From Enoplolaimus lenunculus (taxonomy: Eukaryota): a stretch of DNA of 64,000 nt. Position numbers and translations under genes: made by a program. The notes under the pieces are model-generated. The model saw nothing but the letters and a program-made list of their open reading frames with translations. It did no database searches and had not been told where the DNA came from. Positions 12,799 to 25,660 of the stretch are shown here, piece by piece. The stretch is from positions 496,001-560,000 of the forward strand of contig JASANG010001107.1 in the NCBI GenBank assembly GCA_030248215.1. Direction: 5' to 3'. Position 1 is the first letter of the stretch; each line of letters starts with the position of its first letter.

Positions 12799-15700
12799 CG
12801 AAAACACCTGAAATGTACCTATAGTTGGTACGCGAACTGTGATACACAGGTTTATATCGGGCAATGAGCCTGTCAGACGGTTTGGGCGCTAATAAGCCCG
12901 TCAAGTTTCTGGTCTTTCAAATGTGGGGGTCTCCAAAACGCCTATCATGTTTTATACGGAAAAGTGGGGCTCAAACCCCCCCTTGCGATAGACGCCCATA
13001 GGCATATCCCCTAGCAGACAAACCGTGCTAAAATTTTTCTATGCAAATGGCTCATTATACGTTCAAAATGTGTTTTACAGCAAACCGCTTGGAAACATGG
13101 TGCGGATACAACGCGAAATTGAAAAAATTCGGGCCGTCGGCGCTATTTCTAAACCTCAAAGTATAGAAGAAAAATTTGCTAAAGCTCGCTTTAAAAAGTA
13201 TAACAAAATTCAATCCTTTCTTCAAACAAACATGACGTCAACCGAAAGTTTTCCAAACTATCTTCGAAATCAAGTAATTTTAACGCCAATTTTACGCCAT
13301 GATTGTTATTAATATACGTGATTAAAAAACACGTTCGCGAAAACTATCGTAGCTACCCGTATCTGCCATGTATTTCAGGGTTCCAAACCAAAATTTTGGA
13401 TTAAGATTTAGCCTTAAAACACTTCTGACTTCACCCGCAATAATGTACAAGGGCTTAAATCAACCGTGACATGTAGATCGAATTCTATCCCAACAGCAAT
13501 AACCATACTTTTACTTGACAATATAAATACTCAAATTTGAGCAGAAACGAAACTTTGAATGAATCAAAGCGACTTTTTTTATTCGAGCACCAAAACATTA
13601 TTGCAGGTGCGCAACAGGCGCAACATTTACACACGCAAAACATCAGAAAACTTCGCAGGGAACGAACGAAATATTGCATTGAATGTGTGTAAATTGATAC
13701 CGACGTAGCGAATTTAACTGCGTAAACATCATAATAAATTGTATAGCGTAGAAAAAAAGCACAAGCCCAGTTTCAAAATACCGAACATTTTGAAAATTGG
13801 ATCACTACATAAAATCGTTGCATGCCGATAATTTTGACTGGGGGTAGCAAAACTAGTGATGTAAAATCTCCTCCCAAGAAATCTATCATTTTTCTTACAA
13901 CTAATTTTTACTACTATAGGATGAATTTCGAGTTAAGAAATAGCTGGAAGCCCTGGCCGCAAAGCGTCTTTGGAAAGTTTCAGTCATCGACTAATCGTTT
14001 GTGAAACAAATACGGGCTGGCTACTGCTAGTTGGTGCGCACCGAGTTTCGGAACAGGCCAAATTAACTTCAGAACAGAATTTGATTCATTTAACACAAAG
14101 TATACTGTTAATACTTTCATTTGTGCCGGCATATTAATTAAAGATGTGTAGTTCAAATAGATAGAAATGGATTAAAAAATAAATAACACTCTTTAACCGA
14201 ATCGCAAAGGGGAACCCTCTATAGAGTCCAATTAAATATAAGTCACCGCCCTGCCTTATTCGGATCACAACAGAACATCCAAGCAATGACGGTGATAAGG
14301 GGGGCTGAGCCGAAGAACTTTTTTGCGTCATTCGTAGTTTAGGTTGGTGCTCTGAAAAATAATTAAAAATTTACGAACTGCATGGTCAAATAACTGATTT
14401 GGTGCAGTTGCAAATGGTTAGGGGCACGCCAAATCAGTCTTAACCGTAACTCGTTTGCCAGTCGTTTGATTTCAGCGAATTTAACAAAGATGGGCTCAGC
14501 TCCACAACCGGCGTCGAATGGTATATAATTTGTGTAATTTTTTAACAAAAAAATTTTGGGTCCGAAGGAGGCACGTTAGATCTTAAAAATTCAAAATTTT
14601 TCAAAAATTCGAATTTAAAGATCAGGGGATGTTATGAGAAGCTCAAGTATGCAACAATTTTTAAATTCCAACCATCTCTCGGCAAATGATGGCAGAGGGG
14701 ATAATCGAAGAGACCCAAAAATTGGGCATGCGCCCCCCACCTTTAGGTTCACATATCACTACCCCTGCTTCCAAGTCATTCACATTTTGGTGTCTCAACA
14801 GGCAGGTGTGGGGGCCACCGCGATAGAGGATCAAGTTCTTCGAGGAGAATGGCAGGTTGCCTGGTTCTCCACTTGAATTTATCTGTGAGGACATGCCCCG
14901 AAAATACAGTACGAATCTGTGAATTATACTGCTTTCAATTGAGAAGCAGATAGTCAACTGTACAAGTAAAATGTGTTGATGTGACCGCCGTAGCAGCAAT
15001 TTACACAATAACTTGAAGCCCAATTGCTTCTCTATTTACCCGCGCCTTTCGATGACGGCCTAGTTAACCTGCTTAATCTGCCCTTACTTGTTTTTGAATC
15101 TGCTGCGGTTTCCATGTCAATTTTTACGATATGAACTACCAAAGTATTAAAAGAAATGACCTAATCGACACATGTAGCGCTAAAATGGTTTTTGAAATAA
15201 TTCAATTCAACAAAATATCGCACAATTTCTCTTCAAACACAAACACCCAACATTTTTTCAAATACACTGGATGTCAGCGTGCCTGAGAGACGCACAAATT
15301 GACTCAATAAAAACTACTCTAAGAATACAAAACGACTAATCTGTGTTGTGAAATTGCAAAAAAACATCTCCTAAATTTCGGTTTTACAATATATACCATT
15401 TTTGTTGTGTGAATTTAAATTTTATGTATCGAATTTTACTATTAAAAACGTCAAAAAATGCTCTAAAGCTGTATAACAGCAGCCGTATTGGCCGTCAATC
15501 CGTAACAGCTGTAGCAGTCGAAAAAAATTGTCTCTCACTCGCGTGTACAGGTGTAGTCCCTCAAACCTGCAACTACAAAGGGGTCAATGAGGCTCCGTCC
15601 CGATAATACGATCATCTTCGCTCCCTTTTGACCGAAAATCATTTTGATGCATTATTAAGATTCTGTATTAAAATAACATATCCATTGCGGTTGTCTTCCC

Positions 15701-16105
15701 CAAGAGATATTCATTGCCCCTTCTACTAGTAATTCTTGGCCGCAGCGCTGCGCCTCACCCTCAATAGTACGGCGTTGCTATTGTTGAAAAAACTTCGAAA
15801 ACATTTCTAGTTCCGGTTTTATAGTGTGTAGAGCGGATAATACATTAAATAGATTTTCTGAAAAATGCATCTGCTTTATACATACAGCAGTGTCTATTAT
15901 GTTTTTACGTTTTGAGCATGAATATCGATCGAGAAAAAAATTTAATTTGCTGAAAAGTAGATTTTGAACTGCAAAAACAGTCACACATTGGAGTGTAAAA
16001 GAAGTAAAATATGCTGCTAATAGCGCAACTCAGTTTTAGAGTTCATTCACAAATAAAAGTTTGAGCTATTGCTCTTGTACTTTTCGCTTCTCTCATATTT
16101 AAGAT

Positions 16106-16385
16106 GGCCCATGTTACTTTAAGGGGTGTCCAGGTTTCTGGTGGGTCTATTATAAAAGAGTAGATCTAAATTCTAAATTACACTTTTTTGCTTAGACTTA
16201 GGCTTAGGCTTAGGCTGAAGCTTAGGAAGTTATTTTTTCAACGCTTAGGCTTATGCTTAGGCTTAGGAATACGCTTAATCTACTGTTACGCCCCTCAAAA
16301 GTAACACGCTTAGGCTTCTAAGGTTAGGCTTTAGGCTTAAGAACATACATGCTATGCTACTGTTACGGCCCTGTTTACATTGGCA
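16106..16385 (-). mobile_element. GGCC-ended MITE (family B) with internal TTAGGC hexamers; composite right end
   Basis: Begins GGCCCATGTTACTTTAAGGGG; body is the reverse complement of 41545-41722; contains CTTAGGCTTAGGCTTAGG. Confidence 0.7.
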
Positions 16386-17589
16386 GTTTCGGTGATCTAT
16401 TACATTTTCTACTAAGGTGGACATTATAATCAGTTATTTAAATTAGTTTAAAAAGTTAAAATCCATTTTAATATATTTCCGTGGATGGGAGAAATTTTCG
16501 TCTTATTCAAGCAACTTTGGCCTACATATTACCCATAAATGATTTTACAAACACACTTTAAGCAATGATTTTCAGTGGCCTAAATTTTAGGTGCATATAT
16601 TTTAATTTGCCTCGATTACTTAACGAAATCATTCAAAATAAAAATTCACATCGAAACGCTTGAGCCATGAGAAAAAGAAAATAGAAAAATTTTATAACTA
16701 CATCTATACACACAGCGTCGTTAGAAACTAAGCCAAGGTTGAATTTTTATTCAATTGAATTTTGAAATTGGCTAAATTTATAGAAATTTAATAATCGAAA
16801 ACCGAATCATAATGATTTGCAGTATGACAAGAAATGCCGGTAATATACCTAAAAGACTTGTGACTTTCAGGGCCGTCCAGTTTTTTCACAGACTGCTATA
16901 GAGTGGGATTAGATCTTAGACTATTTTTTACATAGGCTTAGGCTTAAGATTAACGCTAGTTTCTACGCTTAGGCTTCGGCAAAGAAATACGATTAATCTT
17001 GAGTAACGACCCTAGGCTCATGTATACTTTCCTGCCGTGCTTAAGTTTCACCGTCCCGGCGATAAAAACTGATGCTTTTGTTTGTGGCAGGATTTTGGGG
17101 TTTGGGGATTTTGTAATTTCAATAGTAATACATCGCAAACTATTCGTTGAGCTTAGGCTTTGGTTTAGACTAAAGTTTAGGGTTTGCTTCAAGATTAAAC
17201 GATTCTTTAGCTAGGCTTACGTTTAGGATTGGGTTTAGGATTAGGCTTTGACCTCGCAAGCGACCATAAACCCAGAATCTCATTTCTAGCAATATCACAA
17301 AATCTCACCTGCTACTTATCCAAGTGCCAGAGTTAGCAACCACTGCTCTCCCTGGGATGTTTTCAACACCTCAGTGAACGTCACTCGATTGACTGAATAA
17401 ATATTTTAAACATTTATAGAATCAAACCAAGTACTGGTTATTTTAAAATTTCTAGAAGCTGTAAAAGCATGGAACTTGAAGCCTAATTTGATCGTATGGG
17501 GACCGGTGATGGACACGGTGGCTTCACGAGACATTGCCTCGGCTTTAGCTTATCCCAAACGCCGCCATTTTACGAGCACGCAACGATGT

Positions 17590-17790
17590 CTCAAAATGCT
17601 ACCTTCGACTATAAAACTCGGATTCCCAAAATTCTACCTTCGACCATGTCCCGGAATCCCAAATTCGACCATATTCCGATGTCCATAACTGTACCTTCAG
17701 CTGTATCCCAAATTCCAAAATAACAAATTTCCACTTTCGGATATACCCTGAAATTCAAAATCCTACCTTCAATCTTATCTAGAAATCCCT
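17590..17790. repeat. Degenerate minisatellite, roughly 35-40-bp unit (AAAATTCTACCTTCGAC...TCCC)
   Basis: TACCTTC and TCCCAAA motifs recur about five times. Confidence 0.5.
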
Positions 17791-18133
17791 AGAGTGTTTA
17801 ACTTTGTTCATTGCATTAATAAACGCAAAAGTGTGCACATAAACATGGTAGCAGTTCAAAATCCATACGGCTTAAATCAGAATTTTCAAACATCTTCAAC
17901 TTAAGTAACATTTTACAAACCCAGCCAATATCTATGAACCTTAAAATCGCGAATTTTGACGCATTGGGAACGGGAATGGAAGAGTTGGATTAAAGTAGAC
18001 GGCACCAAAAATGACTGATATATTGAGTTTTGCACAGACAAAATTGGCAAATCGTTAAGAATATTTCAGACACTGTCCTTTATACAAAGATTTTGAATTA
18101 AGAACGCTCTTTGCAAACACTTCTTACGACCTT

Positions 18134-18290
18134 CGGGTCCGTAAGAAAAAGGGGTCCGGTGCCCCCCCCTGGAAAATTTTGGCAACCCTAGAAAATTTTC
18201 AACTTTTCTTGCAAGTTATTAAAAACCCTTGAATGCCCCTCGTGAAAAAATTTTAGCCCCCCCCACCAAAGTGAGCTGGCTGCGGGCCTG
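18134..18290 (+). mobile_element. hAT-like MITE, family A, with perfect 8-bp TSD
   Basis: ACGACCTT at 18126-18133 and 18291-18298; termini CGGGTCCGTA...TGCGGGCCTG. An 8-bp TSD with CAGG-type ends is typical of hAT. Confidence 0.88.
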
Positions 18291-19385
18291 ACGACCTTTT
18301 ATTAAATATTATTTTGATCTTCAAAATGCATACCTAATTTGGCGCTCCTACTCACGCCATTTATTGTTAATTGTCTGTCACATGTCAGCTTTGTAATGCG
18401 GCCAAAAGCATAAGGATACTGTAGATTTTGTCTTTTATTGTCAAAATAATTGCTTTATCTCCTTGTTCACTGCACGCTGGCATATCAATGTATATAATAT
18501 TGTGCAAACATCCTATTAAAGCTGGAAATCGCGTACGGTTACAGTTGTGTTCAACCATTCACTTCAAGATATATGTTTATTCTTCGACTTCCTAGCCGGA
18601 AGAAAGGAGATGTTGTCCCGCGCTTGAGGAATTTTAGCTCAGTTTGTAAGTCATGTGAAATATCGGCATTTGCAACAGTGTACAACTCCAATCACAATGA
18701 TTGATTCTAAAATTCTGAAGTAAAAATAGTGAAATTTTACTACAACCCAATTTTTAGTTATTAGCGCAAATACTTTAAAAGGATCTCAAAAGAAACAAAT
18801 GTTCTGCGTTTTTATTAGGGTTCCAACGGAATTACGATTACGGCCAAATTTGCGAAAAAATTTGCTGTTACTTGAACAGCATCTAACAAATTATTCCGCT
18901 GATTATCAAAATGTGATTGCAATAGAAAACTAAGTTTTACCTTTAAACGAATAACAGAATCTAAACATTAAATTCTATTTCATTGCGGCAAGCAGTGATG
19001 TTAGAGTGCCACAAAATTTTCAAATATAGCCTGATATTAGGTTCTACAGTATCATTACTGCAGTGACAGCGGCACTTAGTTTTTAAAAATCTGGATACTG
19101 TTATTTATGGTTTCATAAGACTTCATGTTTAAATTTTTTAAATTCTAATATGCTTAACTGTACTAAAAGAGACTAGATTCGTATTTATTTAATAACACAT
19201 TTTATTGATGAAATAGTTTACAAGCGTTCAGTTTCGTTTGGCAAGAGAAGAACGATAAATTCATCATTAATTTATGTTTTAGACTTCCGTATCACAATGA
19301 ATCTGGCTGCGTAAACTCTGCAGGCTTAATTTTGTAGGACTTCAATGAAAAATGGCTTGAAAATCTAGCAGATCATTCTAAGTAC

Positions 19386-19515
19386 GGTTCATGTTACTTT
19401 TAGGATACTCTCTTTTTTGGTTATACTGCAAAAGACTACGATAAGATTTTGCGCTGTATTTTTTGGTTAGACTTAAGCTTAATTGCGAGTCACGGCCTTA
19501 AAAGTAACATTGGCC
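19386..19515. mobile_element. MITE family B, short diverged copy
   Basis: TIRs GGTTCATGTTACTTTTAGG / CCTTAAAAGTAACATTGGCC. Confidence 0.6.
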
Positions 19516-22500
19516 TGAAGAACTCTATGATACTTTAGCACTACTTTATTCATCAAGTACGTATGTCAATGAAAATAATATTGCTGACCGTTGGAAGTTT
19601 CACAACTTTGTGCTTCTCATTTTAAAGCAACATTTCAAGTTGCTGGCTATGTATATCTTACATATGTTCTGATCGCTACGGTTGTATTGTTTTGACCTGT
19701 GTTACTTCCGGGCGCGTCATCGGCCTAAGTCTGTTTTTAAGCCTAAGCGTAGTTGAGCCTAAGCCTAAGCCTAATTCTACTGGCAAGAACCACGTGTGTT
19801 ACGATGCTGGAAAGCTATTATATAATTGGGACCATGTAAAGTTCAGGAGCGGAACGTTTTTCTGTGGGACTACAATACTGTAAGTTTAAGCTTTAGACTG
19901 ACGCAGCTAATATATAGTTAGTTTTTACTGCGATTTATGCTAGAGTTCGCTGAGTTACATATACAAGGTAAAAATGCACAGCTTAAAATGCACTGAGTGC
20001 AAATGGTCAAAAAACCATTTTACTACCAGAATTGTGAGCACACTTAACACATATTTAGGTATAATCAAAAATTAGCCGAAACAAATTCATTCGTTGTTTT
20101 AGAGCATTTTTTCTAGAATGGAATAAATTTTGAAACAACCAGATCTAGTTTTCAGGTATGATGCTAAATTTTTCTAAATAGCTGGCATCTACACAGCTAT
20201 CTGCCATATATTTAGCTAAATAATTGCAATATTCATACATTCAACCCACGCGTAAACGGTAGGTATCTATCTTAAACATATATATTAAAATTGGCAATGT
20301 TATTTGTGAAAGGCGAACATTTTTCGTGTTATCAGTGCAGTTAAAAGAAAAACTTTCGTTTCGCTGGTGCCGAGAGGCCGTTTATTGTTCATTTAGTCAA
20401 TATCAACAAGAAAACTGTAACAAGTATCAATGTCACAAACTATAATCCAAAGTGTTATCTTTATTTTAGCAAATTCAAACCGCGCGGTATGAAAGCCATT
20501 GAACTAGCTATGCAAACAATCAGAATATGCAACTATATTAAGTGCAATTTGCGCACAAAATTGTGTTGCGCACAAAGATTGTTCGTTACAGGCTTAAAAT
20601 GATGCGCCCATGAACTGTTCAATGTGTTATCAGTAGATATTTTGGTAAAAGCTTAGCGATTTTGAGCGAAATGTAAACGACTTGTTTGCGCTATTTGTTG
20701 TAACGTTTGTAGCCTGTTAGAACGGCTTTAATAGGATAAACTATTTTATATATTTACGAGTACAAGTGTTACGTTATAGTTCTGTACCTTTGTGTCTTTT
20801 ACTTGTTGATTTTACGCGATGTTGTTATGAAATGTCGATCAGTTATCGTTATAGATAGCCACCGATGGATCCATTGGGGAGCCACCAAGAACAACGCAAA
20901 CGCAAAATGGACCAAACCAAAATTTTGTGCTAAAAGTTTGGTCCTAAAGTTGTGTTTGACTTATGGCCCTTTTTCGAAAATTTCTGGATTTGCAGCTGGT
21001 TATACCAGCTTTTGAAAATGTTTGTATTTTATCTTGATTTGAGCTGAAATTTTACAGGAGGTTACGGCAATTACGGTAGTGAAATTTTTCGTTTTTTCCT
21101 GAATTTTGTGCTCATCTGCTTATGTGTTTGTAATTTTGGTGAAATTTCCAAATTTGTAATTGTCTATGTTTTACGAAAATGAATTTTACAACTATCGTTT
21201 CGGTACAGTTTTCTCTGGTTGCATTCTGCTATGTTCGCGTTGGTTAAACAAAAAATTGCAATTTTTGCTTACTTTCAAGCGCCATTATACAAATATTGCA
21301 TACCTAATACATCGAGATTTTTCATTTCCCAAACTGTGTTTTAGCCGCATAAGGCGGTGGTAGTGAACGCCTTCTAGCCGAAATCCTGGTTGTCCGAATA
21401 AAACTTGAAATTAGCTTTGGAATGAAATAAAAGATATTTATACGAGAAAGTGTTAAAGTATTTGGTACAAAACTGAGGGTTATTTGTTCTATGTACATGA
21501 GATACCGATAGTAATGCTAATGCCGTAGCCTTTGTTTTTAGTCTCTGTATTAGTTTGTCTAACATTGATGGGTGAGCAGTACGCAGATAAATAGTGAGTA
21601 AATGAAACGAAATTTACCTTCAACTCAGGTTTGTCTGCAGACGGGTGACGCCTAAATCTTTATTCGCGGACGCTGGAACGATTTTTTTCAGTGCCGATAA
21701 ATAATCAGATTTAGTACACATCCAAGAGGCAAAATTAGACAGACTAATGTTTAAAAATATCTCGAGAGCGTAACCAGTGATTAGCTAGCGTATTTCTGCA
21801 TTCAAATCTTTTAAATTTTATCACGAAAAGCGTTGGTACTTTTTAGGGGTGCCAGCGATACCCCTTTACTGTTCTAGGAATATCAGATGTCACCCCAGAC
21901 ACCCCTGTTCCCATGTACTCGGGTTTGTTTATTTTACATAGCTTAAGATGTACCGTTCAAACCTTGAAGGCGGTGCGTCATCCCAGCAAACAGGAATCGC
22001 TAGTAGATTGGTCAAGAATATTACTAGGAGGACAAGAAAAATTTTCCTAAAATACAATTCTTGTAACATTGAAGAAATTTTCAGCCCATGTGAGCGTAGA
22101 CTTCCGTAAAAGTTGCGGCGAGTATCGTAATTAATTAATGTTTTTGATACAGTATCTTGAAACAGTTGCTGATTTCAAGCGACGCCGACAAACCTTTTCG
22201 AGTCGTTAACTGAAAACTAATTTTTGGGAATTATGCGAATGGCGAAGCACAAACTCTTTTTCTAGTATAAACGGCGCACTCTTATTTGGATAAATCACTT
22301 CGAAGCAGTAATTCTATAGCCAGCTATGCAGTTTTAAACCACAAATAATTTTTTCAATGTAATTTTTTAGTACGGCTTCTATATTTAAACCGATATACAG
22401 ATAGTTGTGGTGTATTAGCTTAGCCATGAGCTTGAAGACAATTGGCGGGTCACGCAATATTTAATGACAAAAGGAAATTCGTGATCGAGAAGCTAAATAA

Positions 22501-24914
22501 ACGTGAATAACGCAATGTGTAACGTCGTGTATTGAGGCGAAGTCGCGAAATATTTTAAAATCGGGTGGTCGATCGGTTTTGCAACGGTCGGGCAGACCCA
22601 AACATAGTTTAAGAGGCCGTAGCCGCAGTACTGTTCACAAGACACACGACCCTGTGTTTTCGTTCATTAATGTTGTTGGTGAATGTTTTGAAGTACTTAT
22701 CTTTTAGTTGTAGGTACATGAGAGCAGAAAGCTAGTGTTACGTGGTTTTCTTATAGTCCTTCTATGATGACAGTAGTAGCTTTTGTGATAATGTTTTTTG
22801 TTGTCTAAAAATTCATCGCCTACAAGCTTACAATTCTGAACTATTTCATATCAGTTGTGAAAATTATTAATGGTAACCTCGTCAATCTTATAGTTAGCCT
22901 GAAAGCACAGCGACAAAGTTTGAATGGAAGGTGAAAAACCAGAAGCTGGAGTGTATAATCCGGTCCGTACATCAACCACTTCCCTCTTACAGGTTTTGGC
23001 AATCCCAACACACACAGTATAAAGCCGGGCAAAAAGACGTAAACCGAAACATGATAAAAATAGAAGTTTATTTGCAGTGACGTCAAAATGCAGATATGAC
23101 AACAATACATACTATGGAGAGCGGTCTTAGGTCGACAAATTTTGTCACAACAATAACAACCAGATTTGAAGTAAAATTAACAAAACAATACTGAATTTGC
23201 CAATTGTAAGTAAAAGCTGCAAACCGTGAAGGGTACAACGTTAAAAATACAAACAATATCAGAACCAAAACTGCCGGAACCTCTAGTAAAAATTTTACCG
23301 AAGCCAGATCTTCGGTTGTATGCTGATAGCGACTACTTATGCAGAATTCTTTTTCCGTAGTTTCGTAATTCCGCATTTTAAGCCAGTAATACCATAGGGC
23401 ACATCAGATGTTTTACACTATATATAAATTGCCATCCCATAGAACCGGTCCCGAACGAAAATGGCATGCCTAACTTAGGATGTGTAGGTATAGATGCAAG
23501 CTAAAGTCCTGGTGAGAGAGAGAATATTTCAGTGTTCCGCAATTTTATCGTTTTACAGTGCGTTTTTAGCAAATTTTCCGATATTTTAAGATTGGCCAAT
23601 CGGGTTGGTGTGAAATCTTTGAATTCGTAACAATCAGTTTAACAGCAAACACATTGTGAGCTTCAGAGAAACCATTTGCATATTAAAATTGTCAGCACGG
23701 CGGGTCCTGGGAGGGAGTACATCCCAATTTCCCTTTGATTTGCCGCCGACAATCTCGCATAATTTGATGCATATGCTATTAAAACGGGTGCGCAGCTGAC
23801 TAGTAGAAAGTTAATCTAAGTTGTATTGGCAAGTTTTTATGGAATTTCAGGTGGGCATAACTCAGTGAGCAGGTTTTACATCGAATGTTGCCTACTTCGG
23901 TACTTTTTGCGAACTGCAGGTTGAATTTTCAATCTCGGGAAATGGCCTATGTAATTGCCAGCTACTAGACACTAACAGTCACTGGAACAAAAGTTAACAC
24001 AGTCGTGCGGCCACCGCAGGATATTGTTCAGGCTCATACGTAGCCAATCACCCTAAGGAGCTATATTTTAGGAGGAACTAAATTATTTTAAGAGAGACAT
24101 ACATAAATTTCTATGGATTCACAAGCAAGTTGAAAGTTTTTTAGTAGAGCTCAGTATTTTTCAACGGGTGGGGGGCTACGTTTCCTCTGACTATGGTCTT
24201 GATTATTGTTTCTGGTGTATAGGTCAGAATTTTTTCTGCCCGTACGCGATGTACATTAAAGATTATGGTGTGTGAAGTACGCAAATTATTGTGGTAGATG
24301 CATTAAATTGGAATTTTACACCAATTCCTATCGTGTCGAAGCTCAGCTTACTAAATTTTGCTGCACCTATATGCACTTAGCATTTTAGAGATTACAATGA
24401 ATTCAGAGTGAATCTAAACATGGTAGATGGTAAAACATCAGAACTGAAAATACAAAGGCTGATAGGGCGAAATTTCCTTAGGACGGCAGTGCTAAGTTAA
24501 GCACCGAAAGTGGAAGAGTGAATCTTAACGTTTACGCATGAAGCGTGAAACTTTTTAGACATTTTTTCATAAAAAAAGGCCAAAAATAACACATTTTGAA
24601 CTGCCTTTTAAAATATTTCATCCGCTCGGACCAATGTAAGGAACTTGCACCCTTATCGCCTACCTTATCACAGCTCTTGGTTTTTGCTGCTAAAATAAGC
24701 TGTGTAGGTATATTGGGGTAGCCTTTCGGAACAAAAATTAAACTTTTCCCTAAATTTTGTTGAATTTTTATATTGTCAATATATATTATTGGACGATACT
24801 TTGATAGAGCGTCGTATATGTTTATGCATAGAAGACATTTTCGAATATTACACTGAGCAGCATCCGGATGCAACCGGATATCCGTCTATGTCACAGAAAT
24901 ACCGGACATACCAT

Positions 24915-25093
24915 CAGGGCCGGCGTTAAGATAGTCGCCCCCCCAAATACGTCCAAAGGGGCCCTCAATAAAATGTTATACAACTCTATAACTTCGATGA
25001 CAGCGAAAAAATGTTTTAGTTTGCCAAAGTGGGACTCGTCAAAAGTCGGCCCCCCCGTAATTGGCTGTTTGGGAGGCACCTCCGATGGCACTG
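24915..25093. mobile_element. hAT-like MITE (CAGGGCCGG...GGCACTG) nested in a CCGGATATCCG-type repeat
   Basis: Degenerate 8-bp TSD cataccat/catgccaa (6/8). Confidence 0.55.
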
Positions 25094-25560
25094 CATGCCA
25101 ATATAGTCGTGTTCATAGCACAGTTGTAAATGATTTATTTCGAATTTAGACAAATTATATGCTGAAATTGTTCCGTTTGAAATATAAAAATGACGAAATT
25201 CATACAAAATCTTTCAAATTTCAACAAATTGGTAAAAATATCTTGCAAACTTTTATACTTCAATAACTGTTTTCGGTTCCGTAGTTTTTATTGTCCGTTT
25301 ACACCTTGGCATAAACAGTAATTTTCAATCTTTGGGACAACAAATATATAAATGATTAGTGTATTAATGCGCTGCGCATTCAAAATACCATTTGCTCATG
25401 TTGTAACACCAAGATCAACTGCCAGCTCCGGCGTGAAGTTTAAAAATCCTATTTTCTTGTATCTGATTGTGGCTCAGACACATCTGTGGATGCATTTGAA
25501 CTGCAATCCTTTCAGTATACGACTTAACTTTAAATATACTTGTTAACCATGTAGTAGGAT

Positions 25561-25660
25561 GTAACCGGATATCTGTTTTCGTTTCTGTTTCCGGTAAAAC
25601 TCAATATCCGTTTTCATTTCCGTATAATAGAAATACTGGAAATTGCGTTATTTTTACGCT
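25561..25660 (+). repeat. Dispersed repeat end GTAACCGGATATCTGTTT...TTTCATTTCCG; related copies near 29060-29125 (-), 56360-56430 and 61524-61610
   Basis: Visible similarity between the loci; probable DNA-transposon terminus. Confidence 0.6.

Noticed and set aside
16190..16340. True telomere or chromosome-healing site
   Set aside because: The hexamer runs are short, degenerate, occur in both orientations across the window, and are enclosed by MITE ends.
22841..23376. Hydrophobic minus-strand ORFs
   Set aside because: They partly overlap a dispersed repeat shared with about 42330-42420; no consistent exon chain or recognisable domain.
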